64,000 nt of DNA from Ophelia neglecta. Taxonomy: Eukaryota. The position numbers and the translations under genes were made by a program. The notes below the pieces were generated by a model. The model saw only the letters and a list, made by a program, of their open reading frames with translations. It did no database searches and was not told where the DNA came from. The stretch lies in the NCBI GenBank assembly GCA_965285935.1, contig OZ260663.1, positions 77,500,001-77,564,000 of the forward strand, read 5' to 3'. Positions 36,421 through 49,604 of this stretch are shown piece by piece (positions within the stretch are counted from its first letter, which is position 1; each line of letters starts with the position of its first letter).

Positions 36421-39400
36421 CTGGCTCGCTTTCACTCCCTAGACAACATCAATGTAAATTGAGTTTACATAGTTGATATGCAAACCACACAGTACAGGTT
36501 CCAAGTATGTTAAAAACACTGTAAATCCAACAAATTCAAAGCATTTCGGATCAAATCTTGACACAAAGATGCAAATCCATACATCCAGGTCATTTATTAA
36601 AGACTTGTGTTTACTTGATGTTGGCTCCTGAGTTCTTGCAACCGCTCATTCAAGAATAAGCCTTGCTCGGTCATGTACTCAACCGTTGGCCTGCGAGTTT
36701 AGTGTCCGTCTCTGGCCGACTGAAGGGGTTGGCAGGCAGATGACTGAAGACCAAGGGTGTTTTTTAATGGCACTTATTCGGGAATATCGTTGCAGCATGG
36801 AAACTTCCAAACCCGTTTACTTGGGGAGGCAATTAGCTGTCCTCTGGTAGGTCGTGGATCCTCTAGTTGGTCAATGTATTTACGTAGTATGTGCACCGGA
36901 CTGTCCGAAAATGAGCGATGACCTGAATGTGTTATCATCAATTGACCTGGATGAAATGCAGAAAACCTGACCTTGCCCGCGTGAAGGATCCATTACGTTT
37001 GGAGCCTCTCGTCTCTCATGCCTCATTCACCGAATGCTGACCCGGACTGCAAACATCGGGTTGTAACTGCTCAATATGGAGCGAGGGCGTCTTTAGTGAC
37101 TTTCAATACCCCCAAGCAGGAACAGTAATTATCAACAAAAAATATTAATGGGTTAGAAATAAAGGTACACTGTTATGCTCTCTGGTAGTCTAGTCTTGGG
37201 GCTGGATCGTGTTCTCAGTCGTATCTTTTCTTCAATCAAGCAGGATTCGTTCTTTCGAGTGGTAACGAAACACTGGTGTGTTCCGTGCAATTAGCCTTGC
37301 ACGGATAGCCATTTGTAGAAAGAATTTCGCATAGAGTACAAAAAAACTACTCGATAGCGACTTAAATATGTCAGAAAAGTCTCTCATGAGTGCTTGAATT
37401 ATACAAAGAATAACCTACATGGGTCTTTAGCTTCAGAACACATTTCCCTAATTTTGTCAAGGGGCGTCTTTTTAAAAAGGTACAATGTTTGCATAACGAC
37501 TTTTTCCGGACCGGTTTTTTTCCAATATCATTCAGTGAACTGATATTTCCATTAACCACATGGCGCTCACTTCCTATTGGTTATTATTTATCGTATGGTT
37601 CTTTATCCATCTATTGGACCGGTCCTTGGAAATCGTGTTCTTCAGTCCTTCAGCACGGAAAAGACGTTTTTTCTCTCGAGTGACGTTGACAAATGGACTC
37701 TTTGGAACTTCGGTCAATAGGTGTGAAAGATGGGTTTTAATTAACGGAGTTGGCACACACCCCTGTTATAATTCAGCTGCGGAATGTATAACGAGGAAGC
37801 TTGGAATTAATTTCCCTGAAACACCTCCCGGGCGGGATTTATGAAGCATGCGGATAGGTCCGCAGCAAATCAGTATCTCGAGTCCAACCGTTAATAACTA
37901 AAATAGAAACCAATAGATTTTAAAGGAACCTGGTGCGCTGTTTACGAGCGACCACGCTATGGTTTGTTTATATAGCTGGCCTGTAAAACAAACTTCAATC
38001 ACAAACTTTCGGATGATATAGAAATGGCTTAGGCTTGGCTCTTGCACTTCTTACTTTCAGAGCATGCATCGCTTAGAAAAAAAATCCACGAGTAATGAAG
38101 CATATAGAAAGCCGTACTTTTAGACCAAGGATTATCAGGTCAATTGGATTTTTGATACCATTTATTCTGAGATTTATACTTGTATCAAGAAGCTCTTTTA
38201 CTTCTGCTTCCATTATAATTTATTGTATCTCTTCGTTCGTAAAATTTCTCAAAGCCAATCTCCTGCTCCAAATTGTTTGCATGCAGGCACAATCTTCTAA
38301 CAAAAGGACAGTTGATAAAACGAATGAGTTAGAAGCTCCCATTTTTCTTTTCAAAAGCTTCCAACTTTTTTGGGGGATTCACATAAAAGGCGGAAAGACC
38401 TCGGCATTCGGAATTGCTTTCGACCTAACATCAAATATGTTTTATGCAGTTCGTCTGCATTCAGGCTCTTTGTCACATTAACAGTACCGTTAAGAGCGCT
38501 GGCTATCTCTGATTGAGATCAATTAATTTGCTGTGAAACGCACACGGTTGATAATTAACGATCCCTTTTCAACGGCAACAGTGGGTATACAATTGGTTCT
38601 ACTTATTCCCTAGTCTTCGTGAATTACTACAGATGTCACCACATCACCATTCTAATAAGTCTGTAAATTGGGACCAAAGGAGTGTTTTTGCAGTGGTGAA
38701 AGGAGATTGTTAAAAATACGAATGTCGAACGAAAAAAAAGAATATCCTGGAAGTTCCCTCCAATACAAATATTTTCTGATATTTTTTATTTCAAATCTTA
38801 AAGTGTGGAGAGCAAGCGCACATGTTAAATTCTCAAGCCTTCAGAAATTGCTCTCACCTTAATAGTGTATATAGGCTTTTGCGCAGCACACTCTCTTTCC
38901 TGGAGGTGTGAATGATGGTTGCCATTAAGTATTGTTTGGCTGTATTTAAATAAAAAAAGCTATTCCAGCCTTAAACTTTATATCACGAAGGGTGGAGAGG
39001 TTTGATAGATTAAACAACTGATAGGATCGTTAATAGGATCTCTGGCTATGTTCAGAACCCTTCTCGGGATGTGCTTGAGAGTTCAATTTGGACCAATGAG
39101 TTGCCATTTGTTGTCGACAGGTCTCTAAATCAACATTTATCCCTATGATTACGACAGAAAGTATCATGCGGTGGAATGCTCGTTACTGTTTTCCGAGTTG
39201 CAATGTCGAGCGAATTACAAATAGGCACTCTGCAGGCATTTGGTAGTCCGAGTGAATTGTAACATGCTGAATGGAAGGCTCCGGGCGGAAGTGAGCTTGT
39301 GCCTCCGCCGGCACACACTTACGCCGACCAACATAATATGTCATTTATTGCAAAATCAGTGGTGACTTTGAGGTAGCAAATTAGATCCAACTATTCATTT

Positions 39401-42400
39401 AGACAGTGCCGATCTCAGGAAATCATTAGCTAATGCATGTAATGGAAGGATGTCTTTGCTTGGCGAGGTGGCCTGCCGACTATACCCCGGGGTGGCATAT
39501 TTCAATAATTCACACCATGAGATCTGATGGCTCTGCCGCTCAGCCCCTAGATGATAATAGCTATGAGCCCAGACACGCTGCTTATCTTCGGGGGCACAGG
39601 AAATGAAATAGACACCTGGATAATCAAAATGTGTTCAAATATTATGATTGCTCTTTCATTGTCCCGATGGATCTATATATTAGAGACAACGCATGTTGCT
39701 TCAGTCTTATAATATAGAGTAGCGTTTGCTAGGGCTTATTTACTTATGGGAAATTATTAAATGGAGAACAAAATTGGCTTAAAGGAGACATATGTAGGCA
39801 GACACCTACGATGATCTTTACATTCTTGATTTCTGATTTTCAGGAGGGCCTGACTAGGCCTGTAGCCTGTAGGTTCAATTTTCAACTAGAAGTGTATAAT
39901 GAACGAATGCATGATATACAATTTAGTGTCAAATATGTACATTCAAAGTAAAAGAGGCCGTTCTTGGACTTTAAACAATGACGTTTAAGAACGGATGGGG
40001 TGATGACAGGAGGAAAAACCAGCCAAAATGTGCTAAGATCGCTAGTATGGCACGTGCATCGACTGCAATTAATTTTTATGCCGTGCTGGTGTACTCCCCA
40101 AGCCAGCTAGTTACTCAGGCGGGAGGCCCCCCAATCTAATCGTTCTTCTGCAGCATGCAGCAGGAGTGATTTATAAATAATAAACGCTTTTCACCAAGAG
40201 CAATTAGTGTACTGAATTATAATACATAAATCACAATATCAAGTGGCCACAGGGTTGGGCTGAGGTTTCATTTAGGACGACAAGTTTCACAGTACTCGCG
40301 GGGCACGGCGCGATTTGTTCCCTGGGATTCTAACATTCAAGCCGACAACAGAAAGAATTTAACTGACTTTCCGGAGGGTGTGTAATTAACTTCCCTTATA
40401 TTTTTTGCTCCCTTTATGTATAATACCAAATTTGCCTGTTTCTTCTGGGCATTTCCCGGAGCAACACACATCGAAGCACTTGCCAATGGTAATAATACCC
40501 GACACACGTTAATTCTTTATAATCCAACGGTTATTCCCTTCTAAGAACTACCATTATTAATCTTCTGTATAGAATTACACGTACAATTTCTTTAAGTCAT
40601 AAATATGTGCTCTTTCCGTTCACCGAAATGTACATACTTTTCGATACTTAAACATATACTAATCGCTTATCGCCCACGTGTTATGAGTCAGATAACCGGG
40701 GCAACGTTCTTGTTTGGAGATAACGAAGGCATTTACAAATCCGAGGAATCTCTCCTACGGTGAGCTCTGTTGCTCAATGTGCCGATATAATGAGTTGCCT
40801 TGTGTACACTAAGAGACCCAGTCCCAGTGGCTAACGGTCACAAACAAGCTGAACTCGACGAGCAAGCTTCGATACCTGCGGCTAACGTCACCGGCGACCA
40901 ATCCAGATAACACCTGCTTTCAAGCACCGTGGGTGGGAAAGTCAAGGTCCCGAGGAGACTAAAGTCGCTGGCTGGGTAGCTTATTCGTTAGAAATAAAGG
41001 CAAGTGCCTTGGAGAAAAGCTGATGCTCTGATTCAGAGGAAATACCTCTCCTGCCCGTAGCTACTATTTCATTTATCTTCTCAGCCATCGAAGTTAGATG
41101 GACACCCTATGGCAACATCCGCGAGCACGCGAAAAACGTGGCTAATTCATTCTTGAGGTACAATGGTCGCTTGCTTATATCCCTGTCTTAAAATCGAGCT
41201 TGAGATTTGAGGGTGTTCTGAAAATACCTTGCAGTTAGTTTCTTCTCAGTACGTACTTAAGGATTTCAAACCAAACAAGGTAGAAAGGTTCCTTGAGCCT
41301 ACGTTTTGACATTAAACACATGAATATCCAGTTAATATAGCAATACGAATGATTTACACATTTAATCACACAATAAGTGTATGACAAATGTATTACTCGT
41401 AGTAACCGGAAAAACGTAACACATGTGTATCATTAAGCAGAGGTGAATGTGCCTGTGAGATACAAATGTACTGCAAAATAGACAATTTATTGAAACACAT
41501 CAAATCGCTAAGCTAAGTTTCGCTTTAGATTTAACAAAGAACATTGTAAGTTGTAAAATAATACTTAAACATGCGTCCGGTTTTTCCAAGCACACAGAGC
41601 TTAGGCTCGAAGACTAAAAAACACCTGAGTGCCAGCTCTGCTTTCAGAGATATTTGTTATTCTTATAGGGCTTCTATTTACTGCATCACATCATGCCAAA
41701 AGACAATATTCTGCACACGAAGATATCTTATGCCAGAATTTTCAGAGATAAATTCTGTTTGGCAAATGCACATTGGAATCTCACAAAGATACAATTTAAG
41801 GTATAATCATAGACATGTGCAATCGATGATTCGGTAGAAGTACTCCTAAGTATTTCGATAAGCACACCTGATGACAATTTAATGAATTGAAAAAAAGTGA
41901 CTAGAGCACACATCTATAATAATCTTTTAGGCACATGCAACTAATTTTCAACAGATGTGTTATAATTAATCAGCAGGTCTGACAGTCATATTTCTGCAAT
42001 GACTAATTACCACGTGACCATGACGTAAGCACAGCTTTCCCAATTTCATTCTTATGTTTTCATTCGAGTATTTCCATGCTCAAGCAATATTCTCTGAAAC
42101 GAATCTATGTTTCATAGTTTTTACTCGATTCTCAAATGGTTCAATATAATAAATTAAATTGTACATTATTAACAAATTACCAATTGATTACTGGTTCGCT
42201 TTATAAGTCGATATATTATCTATTATAACTAACACGAGACACTATTTATCATATGCCAAATTCTAGTGACCTGTAATCAATTATAATGCCATGTATTCCA
42301 AACTGTTTCTAATTGTGGCAACCGCTGCACTCAACTGGTCAACATTTGTGAGATCATGTTCCTCGAGAATATGATCTCTCGTAGGTTGAGCGGAAACAGC

Positions 42401-42969
42401 AACGCCCTCTGACACATGATGTGACACATGATTCCTCGGCTTGCTCTCAGGATCATACAAGTTAGGGCTTGTAATCTCGGTGTTCATAATTCTCAATTGT
42501 CGTGTCAATGGCAGGCTCAATTTGCATTCTTAATGCCAATATAGTTCATGTTAACTGCTACAAGCAGTATCATTTAGTAATAACATCGCGGACTCCTAGG
42601 TCTTAGGAAACACACACATATATATATATATCTAACAATTGTTGATCTCATAAGCCATTTGTCGTGTTTGATAATACATTTTAATTTACTTAATTAAATC
42701 CCGTTACCGTAATATATGAGGTCAACTGAGCCTAATTATAATATGTGATTTATTCAGTCCAATGACTAGAAGTACAAAATTAATATCATTTGACAAGCCC
42801 AAATTCACATTTCTCTAAAAAGGCATTGTTATGTTTGTGAATGATAATAATGGACATTGGATAATGTCTCTTAAAAACAATAAAACTGTATGCCTGACTT
42901 AAGTGACGGAGGAAACCCTAACAGCTAGTTAAGGGAATGGGAAAAATCCCTTAAAAATTCCAAAACCAC

Positions 42970-43080
42970 TATGATATCACCAATAGAATACTGACAGGTC
43001 AATATTGGATTTATTACCGGGACATGTGAGCGGCGGAAGCCAATCACAGGATCGCATTATCCTTGCATCCGAAACTGTTT
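42970..43080 (+). repeat. Dispersed repeat, copy A (inverted homolog at 63120-63235)
   Basis: CAATATTGGATTTATTACCGGGACATGTGAGCGGCGGAAGCCAATCACAGGATCGCATTATCC aligns with the reverse complement of 63125-63205 (CAATATCGGGGTTTACTACTTTGACACGTGAGCGGGGAAGACCAATCACAGGAGCCCATCATTCC). Confidence 0.75.
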
Positions 43081-44065
43081 TTATCCCCGAGTTCAGACTG
43101 GTTATCTTAAATTGATTCATATGTATGTCATCAAGATATACTGCTTTGATAAGTGGCCAAGTGATTGTCCACTTATTAAAAAGTAGTATTACACTCACAC
43201 TTTAAAGTAAAAAAAATGCTTTGGATATTGGGAAGACATCGCCAAAGATAATCGGGCAACTTTTGAATCACATAACAAATTGGAAGCGTAATTTAGAGGC
43301 GTGATTCGTGAATGCACTGTGAGGAATTAATGAGAATTGTAGCCAGTCAGTCACAGCTATTTAGAGACCAACTTTAAGCTTAGATCACCTCTCCAAGTTC
43401 ATCCGGTACACAGAATATATCGGCTTAGGAAGACTGGTTCTGAACCTTTTTCTACATTTTCGCGGAAGTCCGTGACTTTTCATAATCATATTGCACTTGA
43501 TCTTGTTTGACCTTGTCTTAACGAAAATCACGCCTCTACAGAATTGAGCTATCCAACTATAACCTCTGTTTGACACTGACAATGACCTTCAAATTATATA
43601 TTCTATGACTTTCAATGGCTCTAGAACAAAATTAATGACATTTTACTCTCCGAAAATGTTTTTTAAGAGCGAGAATGCGCATTGGTAAGAACGCATTTCC
43701 CAACGCTGACCACCGACTCGTTTGCTTTGATACTTGCTAATACACTGATCATGCGAGCTGTACATTCACTTGCACATTTGGACATTTTGTCCATATAACG
43801 CTCATGTACCATTGTCTGCCAGGTGATGAGAAGAAGTACATTTCTTGTCACTTTGCATATGCGATGAATTATTGACGCAGACTGATAGACGCAAACTGTT
43901 CGATTGAACACATTCGAGAGCATACAACCTGCCATGTGATTTAAGTATTGTTTGTATGGACCAGTTGAGCTTAGGAAAAGCTTCCAAAGTGTGTAAGGAC
44001 GGGAATGGATACCCTGCAGACAAACAGGAAGACGATAAACCAGAACAGTTCATTTTGTCGCTCAT

Positions 44066-44142
44066 AATCAATCAAACAAATTCAATCAAACAAATTCAAT
44101 CACCAGTTCCTAATCAATCAAACAAATTCAATCACCAGTTCA
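44066..44142. repeat. Local tandem duplications of AATCAAACAAATTC(AATCACCAGTTC)
   Basis: Directly visible repeated units. Confidence 0.8.
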
Positions 44143-47100
44143 TATTGGCTTAAAGTAAAAATAGGTTTATAACCAAGTATACCTGTAATACATAAAATGT
44201 ATTTCTTGCAATGAGAGAGGACCAACAGTATTCCATGACGTGGGTCAAAGAAGATAATTAGAAACGTGACGCAAATGCTGATTATAAAATATTGGGAAAA
44301 TTATTATTTTTGAGTTTTTCGTAACTCACACGTCAAACCTATTCCGAGTCTACAGTAGAGATCTGTGACAAAATCTTGAAGATCCCGGTCTAACTGAATA
44401 CTGGCCTGTATCTAACTAGGCTTTCTCTAACCTGTAGACTATGCTTCCGCATGCTGATTAAAGCTTCAGCTAAAAGAGCACATAAAATACACTTTTTAAA
44501 GCCACAGTTTGTTGGCTACCTCATCGACAACAGACTTAGGCCGAGTCAATATACCATCGATAACTCTCTTTTAAACGTGAAAGTGTACATTACGGTTGCC
44601 GATGCACGTGTTCAGTTGCAATACGACCGTGGCTGGATTCATTTGCATATTAAATATTTTACTGTACTATCGATGCGATTTATTACCCTTTTTCTATTTA
44701 GTATTCAGGGATCACATTCTTCTTTCTGTGTATTTATGGAGACAAACTGATCTTTAGTCCAAAAGGATAATGAAGCTTAGTCCACCATCCACTCCTTAGG
44801 CTTTTTTTCTCCGCCAAACGTTGGCCACTGAATCGTTTGTTTTAGGCTCGAACTCGCACCAACGAAAACTGTTGGCATTTCTTTGCAGAGATTATTTGAA
44901 ATATTTTATTACTAAATTGAATTATTAAGTGGTTTATATACAGATAAGGAACGGTGAATTCGGGTTTTTTTGGGGCTGAAGCTGCTGGTCCTAGATTTTT
45001 TAAGGCGGATGTACTGGTCTATACCTGACTAATGAATTTGCTTGGTCTGCAGGTATCTTTTCTTTTTCAAATGATTAATGGGGTGCTTCCGGCTTTCAAT
45101 TAAATAGAAGCATCTTTTCTCCACTTTTACCTTTTTAAACTCGAGGTCATAAAAACAAAGAAATATTTTCAACGTTGCTGTGTTTTTCAGCGAAACATCA
45201 GGTTTACAACAAACCCTCAGCCTTAAAGATCAAGGGTTATTTTTCCGATATTTCATTAAGATGTGATGACTGAATAAAATATATAACGACGATTACATTT
45301 GGCTGCTGTCACAGCCACGCAATATAATGTAATCCATCTTTTTATCCCGTTTTGGCCGATAATAGCATAAACAATTATACAACTGACATTTTCTTTTATT
45401 TATCGGAATTCAGGTCCTGTATCATGAGGGCTTATAAGGATATTTATTGCCAAAACAATTGTATGTATATAATCAACGGATAAGAAGCAAACTTTGCCAG
45501 ACTTCATTGCAAGATTTGTGAAAGCATTTAAGGCCCTACTAGATTAAAAGCTAACTAACATTACTAAGTTTCCTGTTGGAGTTGTCTATCTGATTTCTGA
45601 TTAATCATTTTGGATTTTCAGCTGTGTATTCATTCCCGTTTTTAAGGCGAGCAGACTTACTGTGTATTGCTTTGTAATGTATTGTGAATACTGGTGCTGT
45701 CTTAGTTATGTCTCCTTTAGCTAAGTTCCCTAGATTAGGTTTCATCACAAAGATAGACTGAGAGCTGAAATGAAATGATAACGTAGTTCGTGCTTGTCAT
45801 GTAGGTCTACACGTTATATTTAAAATAATAACTGTTAAAATACGTGCATGTTGTTGTCGTCTGGCATAGCAATTTATATTTTGCTATTCAGCCTTAATAA
45901 CAGTGGAAAGAGTGTTTGTGTATGACTGTTGCTAACAACACGATATAGACGCTGTTCTTCAACATTGGTGGTGTTCGCCATATTGTGCCAACCAATCACC
46001 TGTTTGAATGCATCGTTAGCATTGGCGAACAGTAAGTTCACACCTCACAATTTCATGACATTTTACATTCATCAGTAGTATAGAACAAGAGAGGCATCCC
46101 TTTCAAACAACTTAATATATATAAAATAAAATTAGTATAAAACTCCGTGCCTATCAAATGCCAGCACCTGCACTATCGGACCTGTATTGCTAAATATTTT
46201 TTACCAATCCGAACATTGCATTTTACCAGATAGTTAATCAGATACTGACACTTACCCAAGCATTTTTTCAGGCAGAATATCCATAGAACACTTAAAAGCA
46301 ACCCTGGAAATAAAATGATGAAATGTGTTATGATAAATACAAATCGAATGACAATTATTTACAATTGACACGTCAGTATTATATTTGACATGAACTGCCA
46401 TAGATTTAATATACACGCGCAAGAGTATTTCTTTATTCTTTTGGATATCATAATGATGACATAATAAAAAAAAGATTGTAAATAAATACGCAAAGAACTG
46501 GAAAATATGACTATATTCGATAATGAAATATTATTAGGACGTATAGCAAGTCTAGAGTTTATATATAGCCTTCATAAATAATAAATAGTGAAGGTCACAG
46601 TGTTGATATTACATCCTGATGGTTATTTGGTAGATATTTAGTGTTTCAACCTAATTTACTATGAAAGAAAAAGCACAAAATATCCTTCACAACGCTGCTT
46701 CACAACATGTACATAAACTTGCTTGGCATAGGGCCACACTAATGATGTTAAGTTTAGAGACTGGCAATAAAGACATACCCTATGGGAATGACTGTATGAT
46801 TTTCCCTTTGTGTACATGTATGCAATTTGAGCTCATATGATTTGTGTTCCAATCAATTAAACTGTCGAGGTGACACTCAAGGCCCCGGTTCAGTGTTTAC
46901 CATCAAATATGCTTAGCCATCACACAATGATTTCCCATCGATTTATTTATCTATATTAGAACGGAAAAATCTGCTGTGGGAATAAAAGGAACACGTGTTC
47001 TTCCAATAGAACCTGTTTCAAATTGTTTATTCACCATCGCTAACGTAAACTTGACAAGGAAATGGGTGTCTCTTTGAAGGTACAACCCGCAGTTATAAAA

Positions 47101-47574
47101 TGGCTAGAGACAGCCGACAGACAACAAAAGGCGCATGCCCTAAAGTGGGCTCGTACCGGAACAAAGAAGTAACCGGAAGGAATGCTCCCTCTCCTGGCAC
47201 GTACAATTCATTCATAAAACACCAACATTTAATTCCACGATGACCCAAATAAAAAATCGTTTTTTTTTATTTTTATCAAGTACTTATATTTCCAGGATTC
47301 ACATATCAACCTCCCAGGTTGTGAAAGAAATATCATGTGCTGAATATAAAGCAGACATTTGTAAGCTGCTGTCGATATGTTCATTTTATCCCATATCTAC
47401 AGACGCCCCTATGCATATATTATTATATATCTAATTCTGTTTATAAGTAACTAACACGTTAGCCCACCAGCTATGTAAAATATTAATTTTTCTTTCCATA
47501 AGCCAATTGAGAAACAGGGGACAGTAGACGATATGTACGGAAGATCCTCATAAGACATGGCATGAATTTATTTT

Positions 47575-47930
47575 CAAGTGCAAACGTGATAATATTATGT
47601 TCCCACTTGTAATTATCACGTTCCAACGTGTTACCATCACATTCCCACGAGCTTATATTACGATCCCACAAGATGTAATCACATGTGAACGTGATATAAT
47701 CAAGTGCGAACCTGATACTTTTAGGTGCGAACGTGATATCACCAGGTGCCAACGTTATAGCAATGTGATCCCACGTGATTTTATCACGATCTCATGTGTT
47801 ATCACATTCCCATGGGATATAAAGACGTTCCCACGCGCTATAATTACGTTCCCATTTGATAATATCATATGCGGGCGTGATCTATCAGGCGTGATCGTGC
47901 TATCGCCACGTGTGAAAGCGATAGAACGTC
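47575..47930. repeat. 21-bp minisatellite with palindromic core and orientation switches
   Basis: Unit about CCCACGTGATATTATCACGTT, in forward blocks alternating with inverted blocks (GTGCGAACGTGATATAATCAC). It produces 7-aa-periodic spurious ORFs on both strands. Confidence 0.85.
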
Positions 47931-49383
47931 CAAACATGTTATGATTATTTTCCCAAGAGATAATATTATGCTCAAAAATGCAACACAGACATTACCAGTA
48001 TGACAAATGTATTGAACACTGACAGGAAAGTATATGCAATTAAACCCTAAATTTGACCTAAAGTTTAATTTTTGCAAGATAGATGTATCTAATGTGTTGA
48101 GCACTACCAGGAATACAAGTATACAAGTATACAAGGAATCTATTTGCACTTCTATTTCGACCTTGACATCTTTGTCATGTTAACAGGTAGCTGGTCTAAC
48201 AGTTATCATTAAATTCTTGCTTCCCTATCGGATGTTATAATATAATGCATATTTTCAATGTACAGGTAGCTAGCCTACATTGCTGTACATCTACATGCCA
48301 AGAAAGCAAGTAAGCATTTGGAGAAGGTAGAACAGATGGAAATAGGGAGAAGGGAATGGCCTCAAAGATCATGTTAACACACTTGTCGATGTAGAATAAT
48401 ACAAGTTGTTTATTTATTCGATGAGAGGAAAGAGGAGTGGCTGTTCCGTGATCAGCTGCCGCCGCTGGTTAGCCTACTTGGGCCTACTAGGGATTTTCAT
48501 TTAATAACATCGTTTTCGTTCGGGGTCGGTAATCAGTCATTGCTCTTTTGTAATCCATAATGTCCGTTAATTTATAAAGAACTAAGGACATGTTTCCGGT
48601 CATTTTCATTACCGGGTTATATGAAAAAAAGCTGCAGTAGGAAATGCAAACATCATTTGCAGTGTTGAGTATCATTATGTCAACAGTCTTAGTTAAAATG
48701 CAATTGGAAGGTTATATTACTGATTTAAACACACCTAAGATCATACCTGTATAGTAACAACAAACAAGATGAATTATAAATGAGCTTCTTTAATGTACCG
48801 TCAAAACCTAGTTGTCATTTACATTTCAAACCTTTTTGAAAAAGATTAAAATTTTTGGCAGCACCAAAATGTTACATATAATTATTTCGCTACTTCATGA
48901 GCTATTTTGCATTACTACTGAATATAAATCTCTCTCCGAAGTAGGCCGACACGCGACGCTTGGGAAACGTTATTGGTTCTCCATGCAAAAGCTCGTAATT
49001 TGTTGTATAGGGGAATTAAAAGGTGCTCAGTTCAATATCATATGTAGACATGACAACCAAGTTACATTTCGTGGTTAAATTCCTCGAAACTACTTCGGTT
49101 AATGTTAACTTGCCCAACTCGTGATTGTGATTAAGATCAGCTCTTGATGTTGCGTGTATACAGAGGTGTTGACAGCCAGCCCCCGAATCAGCACCCGTGA
49201 ACCCTTGTCCTCCACACTGTTTAAATCAGAGTTTGGTGAGATCGGCACGTGTTGCTAGAGACAGCCCGCCTCTCCCACTGCGGGAGGATGAGTTGAGCTA
49301 TCCCGCTATGTAGCAGGTCTTTCTCTCATATCTTTGGTTATGTATACATCGAGGGTAAGAAGGTCAAATATTCGGGAATGTAC

Positions 49384-49489
49384 CGATGCAGACGGTACTG
49401 AACACAAATGAGTTTCGGTCCCGATTGAGGCTTGTTCGAAGCAGACGGTACTAGAAACAAATGAGCACAGTTCCCGATAAAGTCGTGTC
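49384..49489. repeat. 53-bp direct repeat (2 copies)
   Basis: GCAGACGGTACT..A.ACAAATGAG....G.TCCCGAT at 49388 and 49441. Confidence 0.75.
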
Positions 49490-49498
49490 TGGGGTTGG

Positions 49499-49520
49499 GT
49501 GTGTGTGTGTGTGTGTGTGT
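49499..49520. repeat. (GT)11 microsatellite
   Basis: Directly visible. Confidence 0.9.
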
Positions 49521-49604
49521 GGGGGGGAGCTAGTAAGTATTAAGTTTGGCGGAAAGCAATATTTTACAGCACCAATTGAAACAGCATGTAGGCGTATAAG
49601 GGAC

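Noticed and set aside
36095-36476. Overlapping ORFs or Gypsy remnant
   Set aside because: No recognisable domain. Better explained as the GC-rich Neto leader/promoter.
38095-38481. 128-aa ORF and its antisense frame (IIMEAEVKELLD)
   Set aside because: No convincing family motif or splice support.
44451-44600. LTR-type RT fragment (KIHFLKPQFVGYLID..LRP)
   Set aside because: Single short resemblance with no adjacent RT motifs, so insufficient support.
47483-47944. Repeat-protein ORFs (ITFPRAI-like)
   Set aside because: By-product of a 21-bp minisatellite open on both strands.
49332-49345. miR-9-like TCTTTGGTTAT
   Set aside because: Only 11 nt match and no hairpin partner.
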